DNA of 64,000 bases from Candidatus Gottesmanbacteria bacterium RIFCSPHIGHO2_02_FULL_39_11 (lineage in GTDB: Bacteria > Patescibacteriota > Microgenomatia > 2-02-FULL-39-11): NCBI GenBank assembly GCA_001779195.1, contig MFJL01000041.1, forward strand, positions 16,881 through 80,880, given 5' to 3'. The translations under genes were made by a program, and so were the position numbers. Of this stretch, positions 18,754 to 27,162 are shown in pieces. The notes under the pieces were generated by a model. That model made no database searches. It was not told where the DNA came from and saw only the letters and a list, made by a program, of their open reading frames with translations. Every line of letters starts with the position of its first letter. Position 1 is the stretch's first letter.

Positions 18754-18930
18754 AATGGCTGATTACCAGTCATCTATGAATACTCAACTTCTTCTTGATG
18801 AGCTGAAAAAAGCTTTGGCAAATGTACGTCCCTACGGATCTATCGAAATTATTGTACAAAATAATCAAATCACCCAGATAACAGCACGAAATATAAGGAA
18901 GACAACAGGAATTGCAATTGACCAGTTATA
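18754..18930 (+). CDS. small YezD/DUF2292-like protein (58 aa, below the ORF-track cutoff)
   Basis: Translation MADYQSSMNTQLLLDELKKALANVRPYGSIEIIVQNNQITQITARNIRKTTG. The GS.EI.VQ(N/D).....I pattern resembles the YezD family. Confidence 0.4.
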
Positions 18931-19007
18931 GAAAAAACGTTCTTCGTTTTTCGTGATTCGTATTTCGTTAGGACGAAGAACGAACAACGATAAACGAATA
19001 ACGGCAT

Positions 19008-19070
19008 AAAATTTGTTGCTGACCGCAAGCGGAGGCAAGAATCTTTATAAAAAGATTCTTGCCTTTTTTT
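19008..19070 (+). terminator. conserved box TTGCTGACCGCAAGCGGAGGCAAGAATC embedded in a rho-independent terminator
   Basis: GGCAAGAATCTTT-ATAAA-AAGATTCTTGCC followed by TTTTTTT. The 5' box is shared with 16865-16890. Confidence 0.55.
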
Positions 19071-19187
19071 GTGGGAGGAGAATAAAAAAATCATTCTTCG
19101 ATTATAAGAGGACGTAAGAATTTGTATTTCCTCATTAAATAATTCGAAAACAAATTCTAACGAAAGGAGGTGAAAATAATTAAATAT

Positions 19188-20387
19188 ATGAAAAAATTCG
19201 CAACAATAGTTGGAACTGCTGCTCTTTTTGGAGCCGCAATGCTTCCAGCTTTAGCAACAGGTAATAACTGTTCAAACGATACCACCGGTCCTTTCTCAAA
19301 CAACACATGTACAGTAAACAACACAAGTAATGTGCAAGTGAGTAACTACAATGACGCTAAAATAACAAATGATGTTGAATCAAACGTCAATACCGGGCAC
19401 AATAGCGCAAGCTATAACACTCTCGGAGGTGATATCGTCACAGGAAACGCTACTTCTAATACCGTCGTATCAACCGTTGCCAATATTAATACTACTAACG
19501 TAGTAGGTGGTGCAGCAGCAGGTCCAAACACCGGCTCAAACCACATTACTGGTCCCGGTTCTATATGGGGAGGAAGTGACGGAAACAATGCAGTATATAT
19601 CAACAATGACCAAAACGTTAACGTTGATAATCAAAACACCGCCGTCGTTTATAACGACGTCGATGCATCTTCCAACACTGGATATAACAGAGCTAAAGCT
19701 AACACTGGTCCTGCATTTATCAAAAGCGGTAATGGAGTACTCGGCGTAACCGTCGGGACCCACGTCAATGATAACTGGACACAGGTTACAACTGGAGCTG
19801 GTTCAACTGGAGGAAATACAGCAGGAAACAGTATCACCGGACCTTTCTCAGACAATATCGTCACATTAAATAACAGCAGCGATATCAGTGTAAGAAATTA
19901 CAATGATATGTTCGTTAAAAATGATGTTGACGCAAGTGTTGAGACCGGAGATAACAAAGCTTCTTACAACACTCTCGGAGGCGACATCGTCACCGGGGGC
20001 GCACGTGGGATAGTTGGAGTAAATACAGAAGGAAATATAAATACTACTTCTGTACAACAAGCTCTAGGAGGATTTGCCAACAACGGCAATAACTCAACCA
20101 CCGGACCTGGATCAGAAAATAATACCTATGTTAACAACGATCAGATCATAAGTGTAGACAACGCAAATAATAAGTGTTGGTCTCATAATGCTGACAGTAT
20201 TAATTGGGGTAGAAATTGCTATCCGTGGGATCTAGGGGTCGAAAATTTTGTTGACGCATCTTCCGAAACCGGAGACAATCGAGCCAACGGTAATACCGCT
20301 GGTGGATTTGTCAACGCAACTTTGGCAGATTTGTGGCAGAGTGTCGTGACTCATATCAACGATACTATGACTACAGTCACACAGTAA
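19188..20387 (+). CDS. secreted Asn/Thr/Gly-rich repeat protein (paralog family A)
   Basis: The track start 19170 is a GTG inside the Shine-Dalgarno sequence; the real ATG is at 19188. Signal peptide. Repeats TGHNSASYNTLGGDIVTGNATSN and ETGDNKASYNTLGGDIVTGGARG. Conserved leader. Confidence 0.7.
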   Translation: MKKFATIVGTAALFGAAMLPALATGNNCSNDTTGPFSNNTCTVNNTSNVQVSNYNDAKITNDVESNVNTGHNSASYNTLGGDIVTGNATSNTVVSTVANINTTNVVGGAAAGPNTGSNHITGPGSIWGGSDGNNAVYINNDQNVNVDNQNTAVVYNDVDASSNTGYNRAKANTGPAFIKSGNGVLGVTVGTHVNDNWTQVTTGAGSTGGNTAGNSITGPFSDNIVTLNNSSDISVRNYNDMFVKNDVDASVETGDNKASYNTLGGDIVTGGARGIVGVNTEGNINTTSVQQALGGFANNGNNSTTGPGSENNTYVNNDQIISVDNANNKCWSHNADSINWGRNCYPWDLGVENFVDASSETGDNRANGNTAGGFVNATLADLWQSVVTHINDTMTTVTQ

Positions 20388-20479
20388 CCGTTTTCTTTCT
20401 TGGCAGGCCCCGACTATCAAGTCGAGGGCCTCCAAGAAGGAACGAGATTAACAAAAGCTCAAAGCTAAAAGTTTAAAAA

Positions 20480-22846
20480 ATGACGACAAAATCACCCATA
20501 AATAAATTACACAGACTTATTAGCAGTTTTCTTATTGCTATTCTTCTTTTTGAAAGAATGTTTTCTTTTACTACCCTTTCTGCATATGCGGATGATCCCT
20601 CACCGACAAGTGCTCCTCAAGAACAGAATGCTCCGCCTCCGCCTCCGTCAGTACCGACAGCTCCTCCTCCGGCTCCTACTGTGCCTCCGGTAGATGCAGT
20701 ACCCACCGTTCCTCCTCCGGGCGGATCAGATGAACCTCCTTCCAATCAGTCTCCTCCGGTTCCAACATCAGCACCTACTGGTGAGGCCCAACCGACTATT
20801 TCTCCTAATGATCCGGTTCCGACTATTGTACCGGTAGGATATGTATCTCCGACGGGTAATCCTACTACTACTACATCGAGCGGAGCCTTGGCGGATTCAA
20901 TGGCAACGGGCGATGCGCAAGAAGGGAACGGAAGTACCTACTCGAAAGACGAATCCGTAAACGATCCAGCCAATACCAATACCGGTGCTTTTTCACAAAA
21001 TCAGGCAACAGAAGATCTAAATAAAAATTTAGAACAGGTTTCTAAAAACCTGGCAGATCTTAATAATAAAATTAATCAGTTATCCAATACCGGATTTAAT
21101 GTAGCAACCCTTAATACATTATCCGGAAATGTTTTTACGGGAGATGCCAATGCCTCAACAAATCTTTTTAACAAACTAAACAGCAATGTCACGGGTGAGG
21201 GAGGATTTGTCACTCAAAATATATACGGAAATCAGAGCGGGGACATCGTATTTCAACTAGCTGAGAGTAGTGCAACTGGAACATTTGACAGTGTCAGTCC
21301 AACAGTTACCAAAAATGCAACAACGGGAGCGGAATCTGACAATACTGCTACAACTAGCAACGGATTTACCGTCAAAGAAGCAAACGGAAATGACGCAACG
21401 ATAAATAATGATATAACTTTAAATGCCATTTCCGGAGAAAATAAAGCAGTATTAAATACCGGAAACGGTGTTGTAAAAACAGGAGATGCAAATGCACTCG
21501 CAAATATAATTAACCTTGCCAACACCAATCTGAATGTAGCAGAGTGGCTTTTCGGAGTAATTAATATTTATGGCACCCTAACCGGGAATATTATACTTCC
21601 CGATGGAACATCTGTTCTTGCCTCATCAATTACATCAAATTCACCTGTTTCAACCACAAGTAATTCACAAACCGGAGCCGGATCTGACAACACAGCTGTC
21701 TACCAAACTTCAGATACGTCCGAATTTAAAAACGTAAATACGGCAACGGTGGCAACCAATGTTGATGTAACCTCCAATACCGGAAATAACGCCAGTAACG
21801 GAAATACAAGTGGAGGAAGTGTAACCACCGGGGATGCAAATTCAGATGTAAACAGTACAACTGTTGCCAATACAAATGTAGATGATCCTGAGGGAACCGT
21901 ATGGATTGTCATGGTAAACGAGTTGGGGAAATGGATAGGAAAAATTATCGGAGCGCCATCTGAGGCTACCACGGCATCAAGTCTTCCCGCAACTATAACA
22001 ACTGGAGGAGAAGGACAGGCAACATATACCGACAGCACAACTAATTCACAAACCGGTGCAGGGTCATCAAATGACGCGCAAAATTCACAAAGTGCTAAAG
22101 AGACAACAGAGAACACAAACACTGCAGATATTAAGAATAACATAACCGTAAATGCAGATTCCGGAAACAATGCCGCAAACTACAATACCGGGGCAGGAAT
22201 AGTTGAAACCGGGGATGCAAATGCGGGAGTAAATATATTAAATCTTTCAAACCTTAACGTAAAAGCCAAGAAAGTAGTGGTGTTATTTATAAACGTCTTG
22301 GGAGATTTTATAGGAAACGTGGTAACTCCCGGACAGCCGAATGAACACGTAATAGCTGATAATTCTCAGCCGCAGACTACACCTACTCCTGATACAAGGA
22401 TTGGGGGTGCTGTATCTTCTGATCCGACACCAACTCCCACTGATGAGGTTGCAGTAAATTATGTTATTAACCAAACTGTTGTGAATATAAATCCGGTACA
22501 GACGGTTGTCAGTTACCTTACAAACAGCACGGATCAAACCGGAGAAGAGGCGTATGGAAATTCAGGCAGGATATTTACATATGCAACGGACGCTATCTAC
22601 TTTGCTGAGGTAAACCCGAATATTATTCCTACCAAGTCGCCACTTCGGGGCGTGTATCTTTCCCCTTCTTTTCTGAAAGCAACCGAGTCCACCCTCCCTG
22701 GTATGCTTCTGGGGGGAGTGTCTCTGAAAGTAAATGAACGATGGCTTTCTGTACTTCCGGTTGCAGTACTCTTGGTTATCTTAAGACGCAGACGAAAAAT
22801 CGACTTTTCAAAATATCTAAACATGCTTTTTGACATTGTACTGTAA
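20480..22846 (+). CDS. large secreted surface protein: Pro-rich N-terminal region plus the family-A repeat domain, C-terminal hydrophobic segment and RRRRK tail
   Basis: Signal peptide. PPPPSVPTAPPPAPTVPP region. Repeats NTGNGVVKTGDANALANIINLANTNLNV recurring about four times. C-terminal LPVAVLLVILRRRRK. Confidence 0.7.
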   Translation: MTTKSPINKLHRLISSFLIAILLFERMFSFTTLSAYADDPSPTSAPQEQNAPPPPPSVPTAPPPAPTVPPVDAVPTVPPPGGSDEPPSNQSPPVPTSAPTGEAQPTISPNDPVPTIVPVGYVSPTGNPTTTTSSGALADSMATGDAQEGNGSTYSKDESVNDPANTNTGAFSQNQATEDLNKNLEQVSKNLADLNNKINQLSNTGFNVATLNTLSGNVFTGDANASTNLFNKLNSNVTGEGGFVTQNIYGNQSGDIVFQLAESSATGTFDSVSPTVTKNATTGAESDNTATTSNGFTVKEANGNDATINNDITLNAISGENKAVLNTGNGVVKTGDANALANIINLANTNLNVAEWLFGVINIYGTLTGNIILPDGTSVLASSITSNSPVSTTSNSQTGAGSDNTAVYQTSDTSEFKNVNTATVATNVDVTSNTGNNASNGNTSGGSVTTGDANSDVNSTTVANTNVDDPEGTVWIVMVNELGKWIGKIIGAPSEATTASSLPATITTGGEGQATYTDSTTNSQTGAGSSNDAQNSQSAKETTENTNTADIKNNITVNADSGNNAANYNTGAGIVETGDANAGVNILNLSNLNVKAKKVVVLFINVLGDFIGNVVTPGQPNEHVIADNSQPQTTPTPDTRIGGAVSSDPTPTPTDEVAVNYVINQTVVNINPVQTVVSYLTNSTDQTGEEAYGNSGRIFTYATDAIYFAEVNPNIIPTKSPLRGVYLSPSFLKATESTLPGMLLGGVSLKVNERWLSVLPVAVLLVILRRRRKIDFSKYLNMLFDIVL

Positions 22847-22901
22847 TCTGCTTTTGCCCACTATCTGTCGTTATTAAACTGCCATTTTCATAAGGAGGGT
22901 T

Positions 22902-23381
22902 ATGAAAAAAATAATTGCAGTTCTATCTGCATTCTTTTTATTTTTCTTCTTCTGGGGACTTTTTACTCAAACTGTGTCACAAACAGAAGCTGACTGGTGG
23001 GTGCGTCCGACTGAACGGGAAGCACAGCCCACACGTGAGCCGCGGGTTAGTTTGGCACCCCGGACTCCCAGTCCTACTGATTCTCCTACACCCAAGCCTA
23101 CAGGCAGTTCTCCGTCCGACCAGAATCCCTGTGCGCCGGGACAATCATTTACCGGTACCAACTGCGGATGGTCACCGGGAATTTCTGAATACAAACATGA
23201 TCCGGAAGGAAGCAGTAGCCAGGCAGTCGGATATGGAATCGGAGGACCGGATGTACTAGGACTTTCCTATACGGGAAGCGTGAGTTCAAATAAGATTAGC
23301 AGTTCTGATGTAATCTTTCTCTTAGGAGTTCTATGTCTACTCGTATACACAAAGTCAAAACTCAGGGCAAAGATAAGGTAA
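22902..23381 (+). CDS. small secreted Pro-rich protein with a C-terminal sortase-type sorting signal (LSYTG + hydrophobic + basic tail)
   Basis: Signal peptide. C-terminal GLSYTGSVSSNKISSSDVIFLLGVLCLLVYTKSKLRAKIR. Overlaps the sortase gene start. Confidence 0.55.
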   Translation: MKKIIAVLSAFFLFFFFWGLFTQTVSQTEADWWVRPTEREAQPTREPRVSLAPRTPSPTDSPTPKPTGSSPSDQNPCAPGQSFTGTNCGWSPGISEYKHDPEGSSSQAVGYGIGGPDVLGLSYTGSVSSNKISSSDVIFLLGVLCLLVYTKSKLRAKIR

Positions 23382-23971
23382 AAAAAGCCCGCCTGACCTT
23401 TTTAATTATAGGAATTGTACTTCTTGTTCTGGGATTTTTGATACAAAATAGTTCTTTTATTTTTTCAAAACCTCGCGCCATCGTAGCCAAGTCAAATGGT
23501 TATACGCCTCTCTTATCCTATAATCCGGTCAAAATAGACCCTCTTTTTATCCAGTCTCAGACTTTGCCAAAGTTAATTCGGGATATTCCTACAAAAATTA
23601 TTATTCCCTCAGTTGGGATTGATGTAGGAGTTAAAAAAGCAAAAATTATAAACGGTTACTGGGAAGTTTTTGAAGATACTGCCGGATGGGGAGAAGGATC
23701 AGCTGCACCCGATGAAGCAGGAAACGTTGTAATGTTTGCTCACGCACGGGAAGGGTTATTTTTACCCCTTAGAAACGTAAAATCAGGGCAAAAAGTTTAT
23801 ATTCTGACTGGTAATATATTTTATACGTATGAAATTAAAGAGGTTCAGGAAGTAAATCCGACAGATACGGAGGTTATTAAACCGACACAAGATGCAATTT
23901 TAACCCTGTATACTTGTTCGGGATTTGCAGACAGCAAAAGGCTTATCGTAAAGGCAAAAAAGATTATCTGA
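23333..23971 (+). CDS. sortase family transpeptidase
   Basis: N-terminal TM anchor. His in MFAHAREG. Catalytic Cys in the LTLYTCSG motif (TLxTC). Confidence 0.75.
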   Translation: MSTRIHKVKTQGKDKVKKARLTFLIIGIVLLVLGFLIQNSSFIFSKPRAIVAKSNGYTPLLSYNPVKIDPLFIQSQTLPKLIRDIPTKIIIPSVGIDVGVKKAKIINGYWEVFEDTAGWGEGSAAPDEAGNVVMFAHAREGLFLPLRNVKSGQKVYILTGNIFYTYEIKEVQEVNPTDTEVIKPTQDAILTLYTCSGFADSKRLIVKAKKII

Positions 23972-24134
23972 ATCTTTCCACTATTCCCCCGGCCGGATTC
24001 CACCATTCTGGCCGCATTCATTTACCACAGTGGTCGTACGGATTATACTATATTTTTCCCTTGCATGACTTCGTTCTTTCTGACACAATAAATATACTAA
24101 AAAACTCAAGTTTATGTGTTGTTTTTCAGTATAT

Positions 24135-24179
24135 CCCCCTCTAATCCTTCCCGATTGAATCGGGATCGGAAAGAGGGGT
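24135..24179 (+). promoter_or_regulatory. GC-rich nested hairpin immediately upstream of the CAP gene
   Basis: CCCCTCT-aatcc-TTCCCGATT-ga-ATCGGGA-tcgga-AGAGGGG. No U-tract, so not a classic terminator. Confidence 0.3.
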
Positions 24180-24189
24180 AAAAAAGTCT

Positions 24190-25068
24190 ATGAACCGGTT
24201 TATTTTTCCTATCCAGCATTATTTTTTTCCGCATCATTCAAACAACTACAAGGCAAAATCGCTCCATCTTTCTTCTTTGCTTTTTTATGTCGCTTTGCTT
24301 CTTCTGGTACAGTTTACTGTCAAAACATTTAGAAAAGATTATCCTGAGATTTTGGGATACGCAAAAGATGTAAATATTAACAGGATATTAACCCTCGTTA
24401 ATCAAAAGAGACAGGAGGCGGGACTTTCTCCCCTTGCTCTCTCACCGCTTCTAACAACATCAGCAACCAATAAGGGGAATGATATGTTTGGCAATAATTA
24501 CTGGGCTCATATATCTCCCTCCGGCAAAACTCCGTGGGAGTTTATAAGGGAGACAGGATATGATTATGACTATGCCGGGGAGAATTTAGCTAAAAGCTTT
24601 GATAGTTCAGATCAGGTGGTTGATGCCTGGATGAATTCTCCGACACATCGGACAAATCTACTTAAACCTGAGTATACCGAGATGGGACTTGCTGTTATCA
24701 ACGGCAAGCTTCTGGGTGAGGAGACAACTCTTGTAGTTCAGGAATTCGGAACACGAACTTTATCTGATACCGTTGCCCAAATTACACCTGAGGCGATTGT
24801 GCCTACACAAGCGGTTGCAGTTGTCCTGCCTCCGAACAGCTTCTCCGCAACGACCATTAATACGGTTCCAAAAGTTGTCGTCTATACTCCTCTTAAGTCA
24901 ATCTCCATCCTCACAGCCGAGTTTCTCCTAGTCGTTCTTTTCTTAGACGGGATTTATATGTGGAAATTTAAGCCTCATAGGCTTTCTTCACGGACTCTTG
25001 CCCATATTATATTTATAGGTGCTTTAATTGGTGCAATGGGAGCAACCGGAATAGGAGCCATACTATGA
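24190..25068 (+). CDS. CAP/SCP/PR1-like domain protein (YkwD-like) with C-terminal TM segments
   Basis: HISPSGKTPWEF, GENLAKSF and VVDAWMNSPTHRTNLLKPEYTEMGLAV are typical CAP-domain blocks. Confidence 0.7.
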   Translation: MNRFIFPIQHYFFPHHSNNYKAKSLHLSSLLFYVALLLLVQFTVKTFRKDYPEILGYAKDVNINRILTLVNQKRQEAGLSPLALSPLLTTSATNKGNDMFGNNYWAHISPSGKTPWEFIRETGYDYDYAGENLAKSFDSSDQVVDAWMNSPTHRTNLLKPEYTEMGLAVINGKLLGEETTLVVQEFGTRTLSDTVAQITPEAIVPTQAVAVVLPPNSFSATTINTVPKVVVYTPLKSISILTAEFLLVVLFLDGIYMWKFKPHRLSSRTLAHIIFIGALIGAMGATGIGAIL

Positions 25069-25319
25069 AAGTCCACAAACATACTCCCGATTACCTCATA
25101 CTTCTTCTGGTAGTTTTAATCAGTCTCGTGTTTTTTATCGCAAATATTTCAAATCCAATGAGACAGTATGAGATTATTATCTCTTTAAGCTTTCTTTATA
25201 TTGCTTGGGGAATTTTCCACCACGCCCGAAATCATGATTTGCACCTGAAAGTTGTGGTAGAATACGTTGTCATAGCAGTTATTGGCATACTCTTACTAAG
25301 AGGAGCCATTTTTCATTAA
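25065..25319 (+). CDS. small hypothetical membrane protein (2-3 TM)
   Basis: Overlapping ORF, hydrophobic throughout. Confidence 0.4.
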   Translation: MKVHKHTPDYLILLLVVLISLVFFIANISNPMRQYEIIISLSFLYIAWGIFHHARNHDLHLKVVVEYVVIAVIGILLLRGAIFH

Positions 25320-25438
25320 ATTCGAAACACGAAATCCGAAACAATATTATTAAAATCTGAGATACGAACCAGTTAATTTAATGTTTAAATTTGTTTCGTA
25401 TTTTTGATATTTAGGATTTCGGATTTATTTACATAATT
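25320..25438. repeat. AT-rich intergenic repeat element (AAATCCGAAAC ... GATTTCGGATTT inverted pair). Related to 12018-12166.
   Basis: Inverted AAATCCGAAA / TTTCGGATTT arms. Shares internal strings with the 12 kb copy. Confidence 0.45.
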
Positions 25439-26173
25439 ATGAAAGGTGTAATTTTAGCTGGGGGACTTGCAACCCGACTTTATCCGCTTACTTACGCTAC
25501 AAACAAGCATCTTCTGCCAATTTTTGATCGGCCGATGATTTTTTATCCTATAAACACTCTGGTTAAAGCAGGAATTACGGAGGTTCTTATTGTGACAAGC
25601 GGTCCTCATGCGGGTCATTTTTTACGGGTCTTAAAAAACGGGAAAGAGTTAGGAGTTACGCACCTTGAGTATGCATATCAGGAAAGGGCAAACGGAGGTA
25701 TTGCCGATGCTCTAAAACTTGCTGAGGATTTTGCGGATAACGACCCCATCACCGTAATTTTAGGAGATAACACAACGGATGCGGATATAAAAAAAAGCGT
25801 TGATAATTTTAAAGACGGGGCCTTAATTTTCCTGAAAAAAATTGAGAATAAAAAAGAACTGTCACGCTTTGGAGTTCCCGAATTTGGAGAGCCGGATAAG
25901 TCAAAAGTAATTTCGCTTGAAGAAAAACCAAAAAATCCTAAGAGCAAATTTGCAGTGTGCGGGTTGTATATGTATGACAAACATGTTTTTGATCTCATAC
26001 GTAAATGCACGCCCTCAGCCCGGGATGAGCTTGAAATTACGGATGTAAATAATTTGTATATTAAAGAGGGCAAACTCTCCTGGGAAGAATTAAAAGGATT
26101 TTGGTCTGATACCGGTACATTTGATACGCTTTATGCAGCAAATAAATATTGGGCAAAGAAAGCGGGGATATGA
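25439..26173 (+). CDS. rmlA: glucose-1-phosphate thymidylyltransferase-like sugar nucleotidyltransferase (short form)
   Basis: MKGVILAGGLATRLYPLTYATNKHLLPI N-terminal signature. First gene of an rml-type block. Confidence 0.75.
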   Translation: MKGVILAGGLATRLYPLTYATNKHLLPIFDRPMIFYPINTLVKAGITEVLIVTSGPHAGHFLRVLKNGKELGVTHLEYAYQERANGGIADALKLAEDFADNDPITVILGDNTTDADIKKSVDNFKDGALIFLKKIENKKELSRFGVPEFGEPDKSKVISLEEKPKNPKSKFAVCGLYMYDKHVFDLIRKCTPSARDELEITDVNNLYIKEGKLSWEELKGFWSDTGTFDTLYAANKYWAKKAGI

Positions 26174-27162
26174 AACTTCTGGTTACAGGCGGTGCCGGTT
26201 TTATAGGAAGCAATTTTATCCTCTACTGGATTTCTCACTATCCGAATGATGCGATCGTTAACCTGGATAAATTGACGTACGCGGGAAATTTAGAAAACCT
26301 CAAAAGTATTGAAAAAAATCAAAATTATACGTTTATCCGGGGGGATATTTGTGACTGCGATGTTGTTGAAAAAGCGATGCAGGGAGTTGATACGATTGTC
26401 CATTTTGCGGCTGAGAGCCATGTGGACCGGTCAATTACAGAACCAAGTGATTTTATCAAAACAAATATCACCGGTACTTATACTCTTTTGGAATCTGCAT
26501 TAAAAAACCATGTTAAACGCTTCCACCATATCTCAACAGATGAAGTATTCGGATCTTTAGAATTAGATTCCCTGGAAAAATTTGATGAAAATACCCCTTA
26601 TGATCCGAGCTCTCCATACTCAGCATCAAAAGCATCATCTGATCATTTAGTAAGAGCGTATTTTAGAACGTATCAATTGCCTATTACCATTTCAAACTGC
26701 TCAAATAACTTTGGCCCTTTTCAGTATCCTGAAAAATTGATTCCCCTTACCATTACCAATTTGATGGAGGGTAAGAAAGTGCCGGTATACGGAGACGGGA
26801 AAAACGTAAGGGACTGGTTATATGTAGAGGATCACTGCCGGGCAATTGACCTTATTTTGCAAAAAGGAAAAGTCGGGGAGACATACACAATCGGAGGAAT
26901 GACACAGGATGTTTCAAATATCGAAATTGTCGGAAAAATAATAACCCTTATGGATGAGGATAAGGGTAAAATTGAATTTGTCACAGACAGAAAAGGACAT
27001 GACAGAAGGTATGCAGTAGACTGGAAAAAAATTGAGGGTGAACTGGGATGGAAACCCGTTTCCGATTTTGACACATGGCTTGCCAAAACTATTGATTGGT
27101 ACAGAAAAAACGAAAATTGGTGGCAACCACTTAAAAATCAAAAATGGATAAATCAATCTTGA
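26170..27162 (+). CDS. rmlB: dTDP-glucose 4,6-dehydratase
   Basis: ATGA overlap with the rmlA stop. MKLLVTGGAGFIGSNF. YSASKASSDHLVRAY (YxxxK). Confidence 0.8.
   Translation: MKLLVTGGAGFIGSNFILYWISHYPNDAIVNLDKLTYAGNLENLKSIEKNQNYTFIRGDICDCDVVEKAMQGVDTIVHFAAESHVDRSITEPSDFIKTNITGTYTLLESALKNHVKRFHHISTDEVFGSLELDSLEKFDENTPYDPSSPYSASKASSDHLVRAYFRTYQLPITISNCSNNFGPFQYPEKLIPLTITNLMEGKKVPVYGDGKNVRDWLYVEDHCRAIDLILQKGKVGETYTIGGMTQDVSNIEIVGKIITLMDEDKGKIEFVTDRKGHDRRYAVDWKKIEGELGWKPVSDFDTWLAKTIDWYRKNENWWQPLKNQKWINQS

Noticed and set aside
19412-20060. Several 64-80 aa ORFs on both strands inside the 19188-20387 gene, and similar ORFs (21253-22836) inside the 788-aa gene
   Set aside because: They are frame artefacts of repetitive Asn/Thr/Gly codons. 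The long sense frame has a signal peptide and a conserved leader.
22915-23259. 114-aa plus-strand and 75-aa minus-strand ORFs inside the 22902-23381 gene
   Set aside because: They are alternative frames of a Pro/Ser/Thr-rich low-complexity region. The frame with the signal peptide and sorting signal is the coherent one.
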